Source: an uncultured virus (IMG/VR IMGVR_UViG_3300023175_002299)
Taxonomy: Duplodnaviria; Heunggongvirae; Uroviricota; Caudoviricetes
IMG/VR virus record: IMGVR_UViG_3300023175_002299
Coordinates: 1-64,000 of that record
Direction: 5' to 3' (one strand)
Length of the DNA stretch: 64,000 bases
Part shown: positions 19,191-28,389 of the stretch, one piece after another
How positions within the stretch are numbered: position 1 is the first letter of the stretch
Layout: each line of letters opens with the position of its first letter
Made by a program: the position numbers and the translations under genes
The notes under the pieces: generated by a model
Told to the model about the DNA's origin: nothing
The model's input: the letters and a program-made list of their open reading frames with translations, nothing else
Databases searched by the model: none

Positions 19191-20686
19191 TTAAAATTAG
19201 ATGGTATGTTTTTGTGGTATTTCTGTTCATGGCATGGTTTGCTGGTGCAGCGTATGCCGAAGAACTTTATGAGATTGTCGTGGAGGCGGCACCTCGCCAG
19301 ACATTTGAACCCAAACCAAACTTAGATTTCACTGTCGCTGAGATTCTTGATCCTAGTCAATCATTCACTCAAGGTGGGTATGGTGGTTTCGCTGGATATC
19401 GTGAACGAGGGCAACAGACTATTCACTCGCAGATATATCGCAACGGAATCCCAGTCAACGATTCTGGTACGGGTTGGTATGACTTTGCTCACGATATCCC
19501 CACAGGCGGCGAGAGAATCACGCTGGTGCAGGGTTCTAACTCTACAATCTATGGTTCTGGTTCACTCGCTGGAACTGTTTTTATCAACGATACGTTTGAT
19601 AATCGTTTTATGATTCGTGCCGGATCAAAGAGTGCCATGACGCACATATCAAGTGACTTGGGTTTTTCTTTCACGGCATTTGGTGCTAACAATGATTCGG
19701 TCAGGTCTGACAATGACGAAGACGACATGTACAAAAATTATACGGTGCGTGGAGAGTACGGCAATTTCAATTTAGTTTATACTGACTATTCCTATGACTA
19801 CGATAGGTGCTACCAGCCTACCTTTGATGAGAATTTTGTCATGACACTATTTTCTGATGAGTGTAAACAGGAAGGCAACCGTGGCACAGTATCGTACAAT
19901 GATGAGAATATAACAGTTGGCTACAGTTGGAACAATGCTGACTTCCCCAATGAGGGCAGTGGTTATGAAAGTAAGTCGCAACGATTCTACACTGATGCTA
20001 GACAGATGTTTTATGATGTGTTGATCGGTGCGACAATCAACGCAGAAAGATTCGCAGGACAAACCAGAGAACGGGTCGAGGCGTATGCTGAGTACGGTGG
20101 TTTTTCTGTTAGAACTGACGGTGACAATGTAGTTGCCAGAGTTGGGTTTTCGGTTCCCCTGCTCACTGGTATTAATGTCGCCATAGGATCATCTTATCGG
20201 GAACCAACACTATATGAAGAGAACGGAGACGCTTACGTTATGTCGAACAACAATCTAAATCCAGAAGAATCTGCCGGTATTGATATCTCACTGGGCCCAG
20301 TAACGGCATTCGCATATAATTTTGATGAGGGTATTACCTACAATTTTGAAAACAATCAGTTTCAGAATACGGGCGACTACTCTACCAGTGGTGTGCGATT
20401 CCAAGACAATTACACTTTTGGTGATGTGAACTTTTCGGTATTCGCTGGGTACACTGACAGTGATCAGCCATTTGTATCGGAGTGGAAAGGTTCTGTGACC
20501 GCTGAGTGGAAAGACTTCACGACTCAGATCAATAGCAATCAGTGGGCAACCACAATTGACTTTACCTATGAGAACAGTGGATTTTTTGCTACGGTGAGCA
20601 ATCTCACTGATGAAGTCTATGAAATCCAGTACGGGTATCCCGTTGGGGGTGTCGAGTTTCATGTTGGGTATCAGCATGGATACTGA
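19187..20686 (+). CDS. TonB-dependent outer-membrane receptor-like protein
   Basis: Signal peptide ending AYA; EIVVEA TonB-box-like; plug signature ERITLVQGSNSTIYGSGSLAGTVFI; YREPTLYE, NLNPEES, NLTDEVYE; aromatic C-terminus. Confidence 0.8.
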   Translation: MIKIRWYVFVVFLFMAWFAGAAYAEELYEIVVEAAPRQTFEPKPNLDFTVAEILDPSQSFTQGGYGGFAGYRERGQQTIHSQIYRNGIPVNDSGTGWYDFAHDIPTGGERITLVQGSNSTIYGSGSLAGTVFINDTFDNRFMIRAGSKSAMTHISSDLGFSFTAFGANNDSVRSDNDEDDMYKNYTVRGEYGNFNLVYTDYSYDYDRCYQPTFDENFVMTLFSDECKQEGNRGTVSYNDENITVGYSWNNADFPNEGSGYESKSQRFYTDARQMFYDVLIGATINAERFAGQTRERVEAYAEYGGFSVRTDGDNVVARVGFSVPLLTGINVAIGSSYREPTLYEENGDAYVMSNNNLNPEESAGIDISLGPVTAFAYNFDEGITYNFENNQFQNTGDYSTSGVRFQDNYTFGDVNFSVFAGYTDSDQPFVSEWKGSVTAEWKDFTTQINSNQWATTIDFTYENSGFFATVSNLTDEVYEIQYGYPVGGVEFHVGYQHGY

Positions 20687-20860
20687 CAAAGTTTTGCGTG
20701 CCATGTACCATGCTGATCTTGCCGTGATGGAAGGTGCTAATAAACCTCTGATCACTTATGAAGAGTGGTACGCAAAAAGACCGTGGATATACGAAAGTCC
20801 AGATAAGGGCGAAACCGTGTATCGCCGTAAGTTTGGTGACAAAAAGAGAGAACAAATTAG

Positions 20861-21853
20861 GTGAACGTAGTTTCTTCTGATGATAAAAATGTTTACATAT
20901 CATGCCTATTAGCAAGGGATGCTGATGGCCACCGAACTGTAGATAATGATGCTCTCAAAGAGATAGTATCCGAACACGGCAAGGACAAAAAATATACTTT
21001 GTTCAATTTGTGGGAAGAGATAGTGCGATTTGTTGACATTTCTTTCGTGGAAGAGAATTCTGATATATCTTTTTGCATCGAAGACAATTCTTTTCGTGAT
21101 ATGAATCATACTCTGCCTAGAAATATGTATCACGGCAAAAACCCTTACTATTTTTTGTATCTAACAATATCTCATGGCAAGACACATGTAAATCAAGAGA
21201 TCACTATTCCGTTTTGTTTTCTTAACGGCAAATCTAGACCCTTTAGACAGAAATTATGGGACAAGGTGGAGAAAGATGGACTGATCAATCAGTATTGTTC
21301 TTTTTTACGGAACGGGGTGTTCGCTGATATAGAATTCAATATTGCCGATAGTTTGAAACAACCAGACATGGTAACGAAAATTGCTTTCAATCCTGCTGAA
21401 TTTTATGATAGAGTATTGATAGATGTTTATGTTGAACCAGAGGTAAATACGTTGAGGTTTACCGAAAAAACATGGAAACCTCTGCTACATGAAAAGATTG
21501 CATTCGGATTTTCGGCACAGAACTATTATCGCAATTTGAAGTGGTTGGGGTTCAAGATGCACGATAACGTTATTGACTATTCTTTTGACAGTATAGAAGA
21601 TAATGAAGAAAGACTTGAAGGATTTTATGAACAGTTTAAAAAATTGCTAAATATTAAACTGTCCGATTTGGTAGAGATAACAGATACGGAGAGAATGCAT
21701 AATCGAAAGAGATGTTTAACATTAATTCAGAATGCTGAGGTTCCAGAGTTACCAATATTTGAAACCAAGGATTTTTTTGAATTACAAAAGCGTGATGCTA
21801 GAGGAATGATTGATTGGCCTAGAGGAAAAGTATATGAGTGGCAAGGGAAGTAG
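20861..21853 (+). CDS. Glycosyltransferase-like protein ('TEKTWKP' family)
   Basis: FCFLNGKSRPFR...FTEKTWKP...GFK...IDYSFD. Confidence 0.5.
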   Translation: MNVVSSDDKNVYISCLLARDADGHRTVDNDALKEIVSEHGKDKKYTLFNLWEEIVRFVDISFVEENSDISFCIEDNSFRDMNHTLPRNMYHGKNPYYFLYLTISHGKTHVNQEITIPFCFLNGKSRPFRQKLWDKVEKDGLINQYCSFLRNGVFADIEFNIADSLKQPDMVTKIAFNPAEFYDRVLIDVYVEPEVNTLRFTEKTWKPLLHEKIAFGFSAQNYYRNLKWLGFKMHDNVIDYSFDSIEDNEERLEGFYEQFKKLLNIKLSDLVEITDTERMHNRKRCLTLIQNAEVPELPIFETKDFFELQKRDARGMIDWPRGKVYEWQGK

Positions 21854-22121
21854 ACCGAGACCCTATTCGGTAGACAATGAAACGTTTGCTAGTAATTGGG
21901 ATCGGATTTTTAGTAAGAAATCTGGTATGGTAGGCAGAATGAAGTACGCCATCAAAGTATCGACCAATGACTCTTTTTATTATATCACTGAAGACACGGG
22001 TTCCTGTGCTGATTTGGTGGTAGAATTGTTCGAAACAAGAGAAGAAGCAGAGGAAACAGCCAACACTATTCGTGCTGCTGGATGTGGTGGTACAGTAGAA
22101 ATCATACAGTGGTTAGATTAA
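21834..22121 (+). CDS. Hypothetical protein (MSGKGSRPRP...NWDRIF type)
   Basis: Intact ORF with SD. Confidence 0.5.
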   Translation: MSGKGSRPRPYSVDNETFASNWDRIFSKKSGMVGRMKYAIKVSTNDSFYYITEDTGSCADLVVELFETREEAEETANTIRAAGCGGTVEIIQWLD

Positions 22122-22128
22122 TTTTGTA

Positions 22129-22157
22129 TTGACTTCCGATACAAAAGATGATAAGAT
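22129..22157 (+). promoter_or_regulatory. sigma70-type promoter
   Basis: TTGACT-17 bp-TAAGAT. Confidence 0.55.
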
Positions 22158-22190
22158 TTAATCTTAGATTGTTCAAGTAAGGAATTTATC

Positions 22191-23911
22191 ATGAAAATTG
22201 AAGTAGGAAAAGAGTACACCATTCACCCGATGTACAAAAAGAGTTTTGACCAGTGGGAAGTATGGAAAGATAACGAGAGCGGTGACCGTTGCCGAGTTGA
22301 GTCTAACTTTCGATCTGGTGCATATATCGTAAAGATCACCAACGAAGAAGAGAAAGAACTGCTCGAGTCTTATCTTGATGAGAGTGCTAGTGGTCAATGT
22401 GAACCAGAGTGCGAATTCTCCGAGTTTGAAATGGTAGACTATTTCGATGAGTGTGCCTGTTTCTACTATCCCATACTGACCGAGAATTCTCCTCTGTCTG
22501 ATGAATGGTTAGATGAAGAACTGTGCGAAAATGGAACCAGTTGGTTCTTTGACAACAATTGGGATCACGAATATACAGAGGTGTTTATGGGTTTGCCCTT
22601 GACTGCCGATGAGGTTGACCCCGACAACCGATATCAAACGAGGTTTTGATCATGAGTGAAGAAAAGTATGTGTGGCATCGCCCTCACAAGTCCGAAGAGT
22701 ATTATGAAAGCCAAATCTGTGACCAAGTATGGGAACAGATCACTGAGCATTTTGGTGTTGGAGAGATTACTGAAATCACTCCAGACCAAGTGAAAGAGAT
22801 TGAAGAGTGGCGTGAAGAGAATCTGAGCGAGTACAGTGTACTTCAAGTAGGATTCTCAAACTTCATTCAGCAGTGGGAATCAGAACGATGGGAAGCTGGT
22901 CTAGACGATGGGTGAAACATGGGTGAAACATGAGTAAAAACTTTGTTGAAATTGACGCAGACCCTTGGTTGACTGCCGAGGGCAATATCGCAACCGAAGT
23001 GTACTTTGGGACGGCTTGTGAAGCGGCTTATACCAAATCCGTGACACTAAAAGATTTAATCGACAAGGAACTGGAATCTTTTATCAGTCCCAGAACTCTT
23101 AAAATCGATGAGTATCACGCCGATGATACAAAAAACCTTATTAAATCTTTAAAAAGTGCTGTTAAGTATGCTGAGAAACGTGCGAAGGAACTGGGCTATG
23201 AAAAATAGATATGGTGATGAGTATCATTGGGAAAAACTCAATGACAAAGAATACCAGTTTCACATGACTGGTACTTCAATGAACCACTGTCGTTTTGGTG
23301 GTAAAAAGGGTCAGGAAGGCCTTGATCCGAATGATCTCGGTATGTTTGACCCCAGCGGCGGCCCGTATGTTGCAGTTGGTTCTAAGATTTACTTTGATGA
23401 GAAAGGTGATGAACCTTTGATTGTGGAACGCATTCGTAGTACCGATGAAGGTATCTTCGTAGAGGTGAAGTTATGAGTCAGTCAATATTCGATCTAGAAC
23501 AACAAATAATGGAATGCTGGAATGTTACCAGAGACATTGAGTTGGTAACACAACATCTCGTAGATCATTCAGATGGATATAGTGATGATGATATCATGAA
23601 CAAATACATGGCTATCAAGGATTTATATGAGATCAAATTTGATGCTATGTGGAGAACATTTGAGACCGTCTGCGAGGAATATCATGAAGGACAACGTAAA
23701 GCGAGCGCTGTACGAAGCAACGACTGATACGGGAATTGCCGCAATGGTAAACATTCCGTTGAACTTTGTCCTATTGTATGTGTGCATTGATCTGTACAAT
23801 CTGCCAACCGTGTGGACTTCTGTGATTATGACAACACTATTCACAATGTATGCCATAACGAGAAAAACATTTATCAGACTTTATTTCCAAAGGAAACACG
23901 ATGTCCTATGA
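22191..23911 (+). other. Run of small, mostly acidic hypothetical genes (22191-22649, 22646-22915, 22930-23208, ~23198-23476, 23473-23727, ~23684-23911)
   Basis: Abutting or overlapping + strand ORFs behind the 22129 promoter. Confidence 0.55.
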
Positions 23912-24401
23912 TCAAAGCATAGGTGATAATCATAGAAGAATCGCATGGTATAAAGAACATTTCACTGGATTTGACGTTATCGTTGAACTGGGAGTTGCCA
24001 CGGGATATACTTCCAAGGTTCTTATTGAGTGCGCCAGAAAGAAAGTTTACGGTGTAGACTTCTCCCCTGATTTAGATGTTGAACATTTATATTCTTATGC
24101 TTCAGAACGTGGAATAGAATATGAGTTTATAAACAAAGGCACTGAAAACACTAATCCCATTGAATGTGATGTGCTGTATATAGATGCTGATCACACAGAA
24201 GAAGCCGCATATTCAGATTTAACTCGCTTTGCCCCTAAGACAAAAACGTATATAGGATTACATGACACCAGCCCCGCATTGAGAAACATGGGATTTGGTG
24301 TAGACTTAGCAATAATCAGATTCCTAAAAGAGAATCCACAATGGGAAATATTTTATGAAGACACAAAAACGTGTGGTCTAACAGTACTGAAGAGAGCCTG
24401 A
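23901..24401 (+). CDS. Class I SAM-dependent methyltransferase (Methyltransf_24-like)
   Basis: VELGVATGYTS, LYIDADH, LHDT, CGLTVLKR. Confidence 0.8.
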   Translation: MSYDQSIGDNHRRIAWYKEHFTGFDVIVELGVATGYTSKVLIECARKKVYGVDFSPDLDVEHLYSYASERGIEYEFINKGTENTNPIECDVLYIDADHTEEAAYSDLTRFAPKTKTYIGLHDTSPALRNMGFGVDLAIIRFLKENPQWEIFYEDTKTCGLTVLKRA

Positions 24402-24408
24402 AGAGACT

Positions 24409-24828
24409 ATGCTAACGCTGTGGGGAGAAGATAATACGATAGAAACAAAAATTTGTCGTGATTGTAATATAGAGAAAGCAATAGAAGAATTTGAACCAAA
24501 CAGAAGGTTTTATAGTAAAGATAACCCAAATGGCAGAGTTGTTCGTAGACCGTCTTGTAGGACTTGCCGATCAAAGAAAAAAACTATAAAAAGGTCTCAA
24601 TCTAAACATTGGAAAAGACCCCAAACGTTTGAATGCCCCGTATGTAAACATGTATACGATGGATCATATGCTAGACTAGATCATTGCCACGATACGGGTA
24701 ATGTTCGTGGATGGCTATGTGATAATTGTAATACGGGATTCGGTAAATTCAGAGAAGATATAGGTATACTTAGAAATGCTGTGAGATATTTGGAAGGTTC
24801 TATACATGAGGTGCTTTGTGGTGAATAG
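24409..24828 (+). CDS. Endonuclease VII-family (His-Me finger) nuclease
   Basis: CPVC...LDHCHDTGNVRGWLCDNCNTGFG; N-terminal CxxC pairs. Confidence 0.85.
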   Translation: MLTLWGEDNTIETKICRDCNIEKAIEEFEPNRRFYSKDNPNGRVVRRPSCRTCRSKKKTIKRSQSKHWKRPQTFECPVCKHVYDGSYARLDHCHDTGNVRGWLCDNCNTGFGKFREDIGILRNAVRYLEGSIHEVLCGE

Positions 24829-24896
24829 TGGGAAATAGTGGTTATCTAAATCCGCACGGCGACAGCTGCTGAGCGATTCGCTGAGGTTTAAAAGCC

Positions 24897-24925
24897 AGGC
24901 TACCATACTTTTCCCCCAATGTCAA
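24897..24925 (-). promoter_or_regulatory. Minus-strand sigma70-type promoter with no obvious downstream gene
   Basis: On the - strand, TTGACA-17 bp-TAGCCT with TG extension. Confidence 0.45.
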
Positions 24926-24970
24926 GGGCAAAAAAGCACATTTTTTTCTCGCTTTTTTCGCCAAAGCCCC

Positions 24971-24999
24971 TTGACAACTGCCCCAGCCATCTGTATAAT
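24971..24999 (+). promoter_or_regulatory. Consensus sigma70 early promoter
   Basis: TTGACA-17 bp-TATAAT with upstream A/T tracts. Confidence 0.85.
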
Positions 25000-25031
25000 T
25001 GTATTTGTACCTTTTGAGAGAGTAAAGCCTT

Positions 25032-25355
25032 ATGAATATTGATGCCCTTTTTGACGCCATTGCTACTGACTACCAACGCTGGCACAGCCGCTCAGAGTAT
25101 GCTAAGGACGATGATTTTGAGTCATTTCGTGCCAAGTTGTCAGTCGAAGAGGGCCGCAAATACCTCAAGGTGATAAAGACCGATGGCCAGACTATGGTGT
25201 GGGGTTTCATTCAGAAGGCAGATGACAAACAGTTTCGTGCTGGTGACATCTTGAAGGCCGCTAGTTGGTCTGCCCCTGCCAGAAACAAGGCTCGTGGTAA
25301 TGTGTTGGAAGGGGATTTTAGTTGGGTTCGCTGGACAGGGCCGGAGTATCTATGA
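25032..25355 (+). CDS. Conserved phage early hypothetical protein
   Basis: GRKYLKV...GDILKAASWSAPARNKARGN...WTGPEYL. Confidence 0.7.
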   Translation: MNIDALFDAIATDYQRWHSRSEYAKDDDFESFRAKLSVEEGRKYLKVIKTDGQTMVWGFIQKADDKQFRAGDILKAASWSAPARNKARGNVLEGDFSWVRWTGPEYL

Positions 25356-25594
25356 TGAATAACGTTAAGGGTTCTTTTATTGAAAAGGATGTGAAGGGTC
25401 GCCACTGGTATGAGGCCAATGATGAGTTGGACGATATGACAACGCCATGGCAGTTCCCCCACAAGTTAATTACTAATGATGGCTTTCGATATGCCAACAT
25501 TAAGGCCACTGTCGCTGAGATTGCCATAGATGAAGACGAGTATGGCTACCCAGTGATCGAAAAGTGGCAGATATACAGTCACAAATTTAGTTGA
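25352..25594 (+). CDS. Hypothetical protein
   Basis: ATGA-coupled ORF. Confidence 0.5.
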   Translation: MMNNVKGSFIEKDVKGRHWYEANDELDDMTTPWQFPHKLITNDGFRYANIKATVAEIAIDEDEYGYPVIEKWQIYSHKFS

Positions 25595-25632
25595 GTTTCT
25601 CCTGCCGTGGGTGTGGTGTCCATGGCCTTGAT

Positions 25633-25673
25633 GGGATGTGGTTTTTTCTTTCTCCTCCCCACATCCCTTTTTT
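25633..25673 (+). terminator. Intrinsic terminator with a long pyrimidine loop
   Basis: GGGATGTGG/CCACATCCC 9-bp stem followed by T6. Confidence 0.7.
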
Positions 25674-25741
25674 ATTATAGGTAGGCAATATTAATGACAG
25701 AAATAGTATACGCAACCGTTGGATTTTGGCTATTAATACTC

Positions 25742-25771
25742 TTGACAGATGCCTTAATTTAGTGGTATAAT
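25742..25771 (+). promoter_or_regulatory. sigma70-type promoter
   Basis: TTGACA-18 bp-TATAAT with TG extension. Confidence 0.7.
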
Positions 25772-25857
25772 TTATTTTTAAAAGGTGAACCGGCCTTGAC
25801 CTTGGCCATAGCCAAAACGGCCGACCTTAACTTTAACTTAACGAAAGGAAGTTGATA

Positions 25858-26100
25858 ATGACTAATCGTGAGAAAATCCTAGCCGCATTCCAGAACGGTG
25901 AGCAGTTGACCGCTAAGCAGATTGCCTCTCGCTTCGGTGTCGGTGATGCTGTGCGTGAAGTGAACCGTCTGCGCCATGAGGGCTACGCTATCTATCTGAA
26001 CAGCGTGAAGACCTCTAAGGGCGTCAGCAAGAAGTTTCGCCTCGGCACTCCGAGTCGTGCTGTGGTGGCCGCTGGCTACCGTGCTCTGTCTGCTGCCTAA
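25858..26100 (+). CDS. Winged helix-turn-helix DNA-binding protein
   Basis: LTAKQIASRFGV...VNRLRHEGYAIY...FRLG. Confidence 0.7.
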   Translation: MTNREKILAAFQNGEQLTAKQIASRFGVGDAVREVNRLRHEGYAIYLNSVKTSKGVSKKFRLGTPSRAVVAAGYRALSAA

Positions 26101-26214
26101 GTAGGCTCTAGGGGGCGAGAGCCGGGCCTATGCTTTGGGCCGGGCTCTCTGGCCCTTACTAGGGCATCTGGCATCCCCCTATATACATTAGTTAAAAGCG
26201 TTTTTTAAAATTTT

Positions 26215-26631
26215 TTGCCCAGAATTTTTTTGCCCCACAGGATTTGCGTGAAAACCCCAAAGATATTCAAATACAGGCTAAAAAGGCGCAGATTAGATAA
26301 ACTCCGAATCATCTATGAGACGGGGTATATTCATGAGATGTGGGTGTACAATCTGAAAGTATCTAAGGACGGGAGTTATTCTTGGAGACACTATGACGAG
26401 AGTAACAGAATAATTGATCTTCAGCCGGATAAGATTATATCCATATTTGTTATAAAGCAGAAGAAAGCATTTTATTGGTCTCTCAAAAGAACTCCTCCCA
26501 AGAGAAAACCCAAGGTTGTTATAGATAACTTTAAACCACCACCAAAACCCGAGTATGTGCCACAGTTTCAGAGTCCTAGTTTGAAGAAAGTGGTTGAACA
26601 AACAAAGGAACAGAATGATTTTGGATACTGA
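26215..26631 (+). CDS. Hypothetical basic protein (start uncertain)
   Basis: Open frame filling the gap before the tRNA. Confidence 0.4.
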   Translation: MPRIFLPHRICVKTPKIFKYRLKRRRLDKLRIIYETGYIHEMWVYNLKVSKDGSYSWRHYDESNRIIDLQPDKIISIFVIKQKKAFYWSLKRTPPKRKPKVVIDNFKPPPKPEYVPQFQSPSLKKVVEQTKEQNDFGY

Positions 26632-26634
26632 AAA

Positions 26635-26710
26635 GCCGGTTTAGCTCAGTAGGTAGAGCAACTGATTTGTAATCAGTAGGTCGTGGGTTCGATTCCTACA
26701 ACCGGCACCA
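26635..26710 (+). tRNA. tRNA-Thr(UGU)
   Basis: GCCGGTT acceptor pairing with AACCGGC-ACCA; D arm TAGCTCAGTAGGTAGAGC; anticodon loop TTTGTAA; T loop GTTCGATTC; 76 nt with encoded CCA. Confidence 0.97.
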
Positions 26711-26822
26711 TTTTGGGGGCGAATGTAGAGGTGGGGTTGCAACCCGATTCCCCACGAATAGCAGATAAACGACACCCTCTACATTCACCTTTTGCTTAAA
26801 TATTAATTTTTCGGAAAGTACT

Positions 26823-27053
26823 ATGTCTAAACTTAACCCACCACCCAAGTTACCACCATTAAGTGCAAACTTAAAGTTACTTGTAGAACATTACTTTGCA
26901 TATCGTGATGGTGAGTACATTGTCAAGGCCGAAGAGTTTCCAAGGTTTCTTGCACAACTTGAAGAAAATACTGTGCAGCCATCACAGGTTGAAGGGTACA
27001 ATAAGACGGCAGAAGAACTGCTCAAAATTCTCAACGGGAATCATATCGGATGA
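26823..27053 (+). CDS. Hypothetical protein
   Basis: Intact ORF, coupled to an unlisted 58-aa ORF at 27050-27226. Confidence 0.5.
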   Translation: MSKLNPPPKLPPLSANLKLLVEHYFAYRDGEYIVKAEEFPRFLAQLEENTVQPSQVEGYNKTAEELLKILNGNHIG

Positions 27054-27222
27054 GACCAAGGATCAGAGTAAGATATCATCATTGGACTAAACCTGACAAA
27101 GAGTATACTGTCGAGGGATTGGAAGTGCCAACTAATCCTCAAAGTGATCGTGTGGTTATCGAACGTGATGACGGGACATATGAAGACATTTTGAAATCAA
27201 CCATATTGGAGACAACGAGATT

Positions 27223-27501
27223 ATGACTGAACATCCGCATATGCCAGACGAAAGACCCGATGATAGATGGTATCCTGAGAATCTGGACTGGTACGTTAAG
27301 TGGGCCGCATCCGTTTTAATACTGCTCTCGCTAGCATTTCGTGCTGCGGGGCCAGAATATAGACCCTATGATTTGTTCTTTGGAACTGTCGGTGTGGCAC
27401 TCTGGTTATGGGTGTCTGTGATGTGGAAGGATCGGGCTTTGATTATGTTGAATGCGGTTTCCTTGTTTATGTTGCTAACTGCGATTCTTCGGGAGTGGTA
27501 G
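27223..27501 (+). CDS. Small three-TM membrane protein
   Basis: DWYVKWAAS...WLWVSVMWKDRALIMLN. Confidence 0.65.
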   Translation: MTEHPHMPDERPDDRWYPENLDWYVKWAASVLILLSLAFRAAGPEYRPYDLFFGTVGVALWLWVSVMWKDRALIMLNAVSLFMLLTAILREW

Positions 27502-27540
27502 GGTGAATTTCGGCGCTGAACCTTCGGAGAGAAATAAACT

Positions 27541-28389
27541 ATGAGAATCTTGGTGACGGGGGATTCCGTTTCGGCAGGTGAATGGGATGTAGTGGGAGAC
27601 CGATCAAACATAATCGGGATTAACACAATAAACTCTCACAGGGGTGTTGCCGAGTTTCTTTCCAATGCCGGTCATGAGGTTTTCAGGCAATCTTTCCCAG
27701 GCGGTTCCAACGCCCTTGCAATTGATATGTTGTGCCGTGACAAACCAGCATATCTTCAACCAGAGTACGATTCATCGACATGGGGGCCAAGACTTTGCCC
27801 ATACATTATTGCCGATGAATTTGATTATGACACGGAACCCTATAGGAATTCATTGGATGTAATTGTTTTCTTTTGGACGGGCCCTTTGAGGTCGATAGTC
27901 GATTCCACGCAATTTGATTTATTTTTGGAGTCTTATCAGAGTCAAGGAGCAATAACATGGCAAATGATGCAGGCCTGGAATCAATTGTGTATTCACCAAG
28001 ACTTGTTTAAACTGATCGGTTTGCACAATAACATAATACTGCTTGGCGGACAAGAGGATTTACCAGAGATTGATTTCAACCAGTTTGCTGACAGTGGTCT
28101 AAGGACAATACCGAGTCTTATAGAATTATGCTACCCAGAACTAGATAGGCCAGAATGGATGGATACCGTCTATTTTGGATGGGGAAACAATAATTTGCGT
28201 CTGAATAAAGGATTGGACATAAAGATAAAGTACACGGGATCACGTTATGACGAGAAGACATTGGACGTTCTAATAAAGTCGGTAAATTTTTGGAAACAGG
28301 TTAAAAATAAAAATACCGTTGCAAAAGATGCTCACCCCGACAGAAAATGTCATGAAATTTTAGCAAATAAAATTTTGGAGATGTTGTAG
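27541..28389 (+). CDS. SGNH-like protein
   Basis: TGDSVSAGEW...FPGGSN...FFWTGP...DAHPDRKCH. Confidence 0.6.
   Translation: MRILVTGDSVSAGEWDVVGDRSNIIGINTINSHRGVAEFLSNAGHEVFRQSFPGGSNALAIDMLCRDKPAYLQPEYDSSTWGPRLCPYIIADEFDYDTEPYRNSLDVIVFFWTGPLRSIVDSTQFDLFLESYQSQGAITWQMMQAWNQLCIHQDLFKLIGLHNNIILLGGQEDLPEIDFNQFADSGLRTIPSLIELCYPELDRPEWMDTVYFGWGNNNLRLNKGLDIKIKYTGSRYDEKTLDVLIKSVNFWKQVKNKNTVAKDAHPDRKCHEILANKILEML

Noticed and set aside
26711..26793. tRNA-associated HDV-like (theta) ribozyme
   Set aside because: I could not build the nested double pseudoknot by eye; a single outer stem encloses the element. Kept only as an unassigned structure
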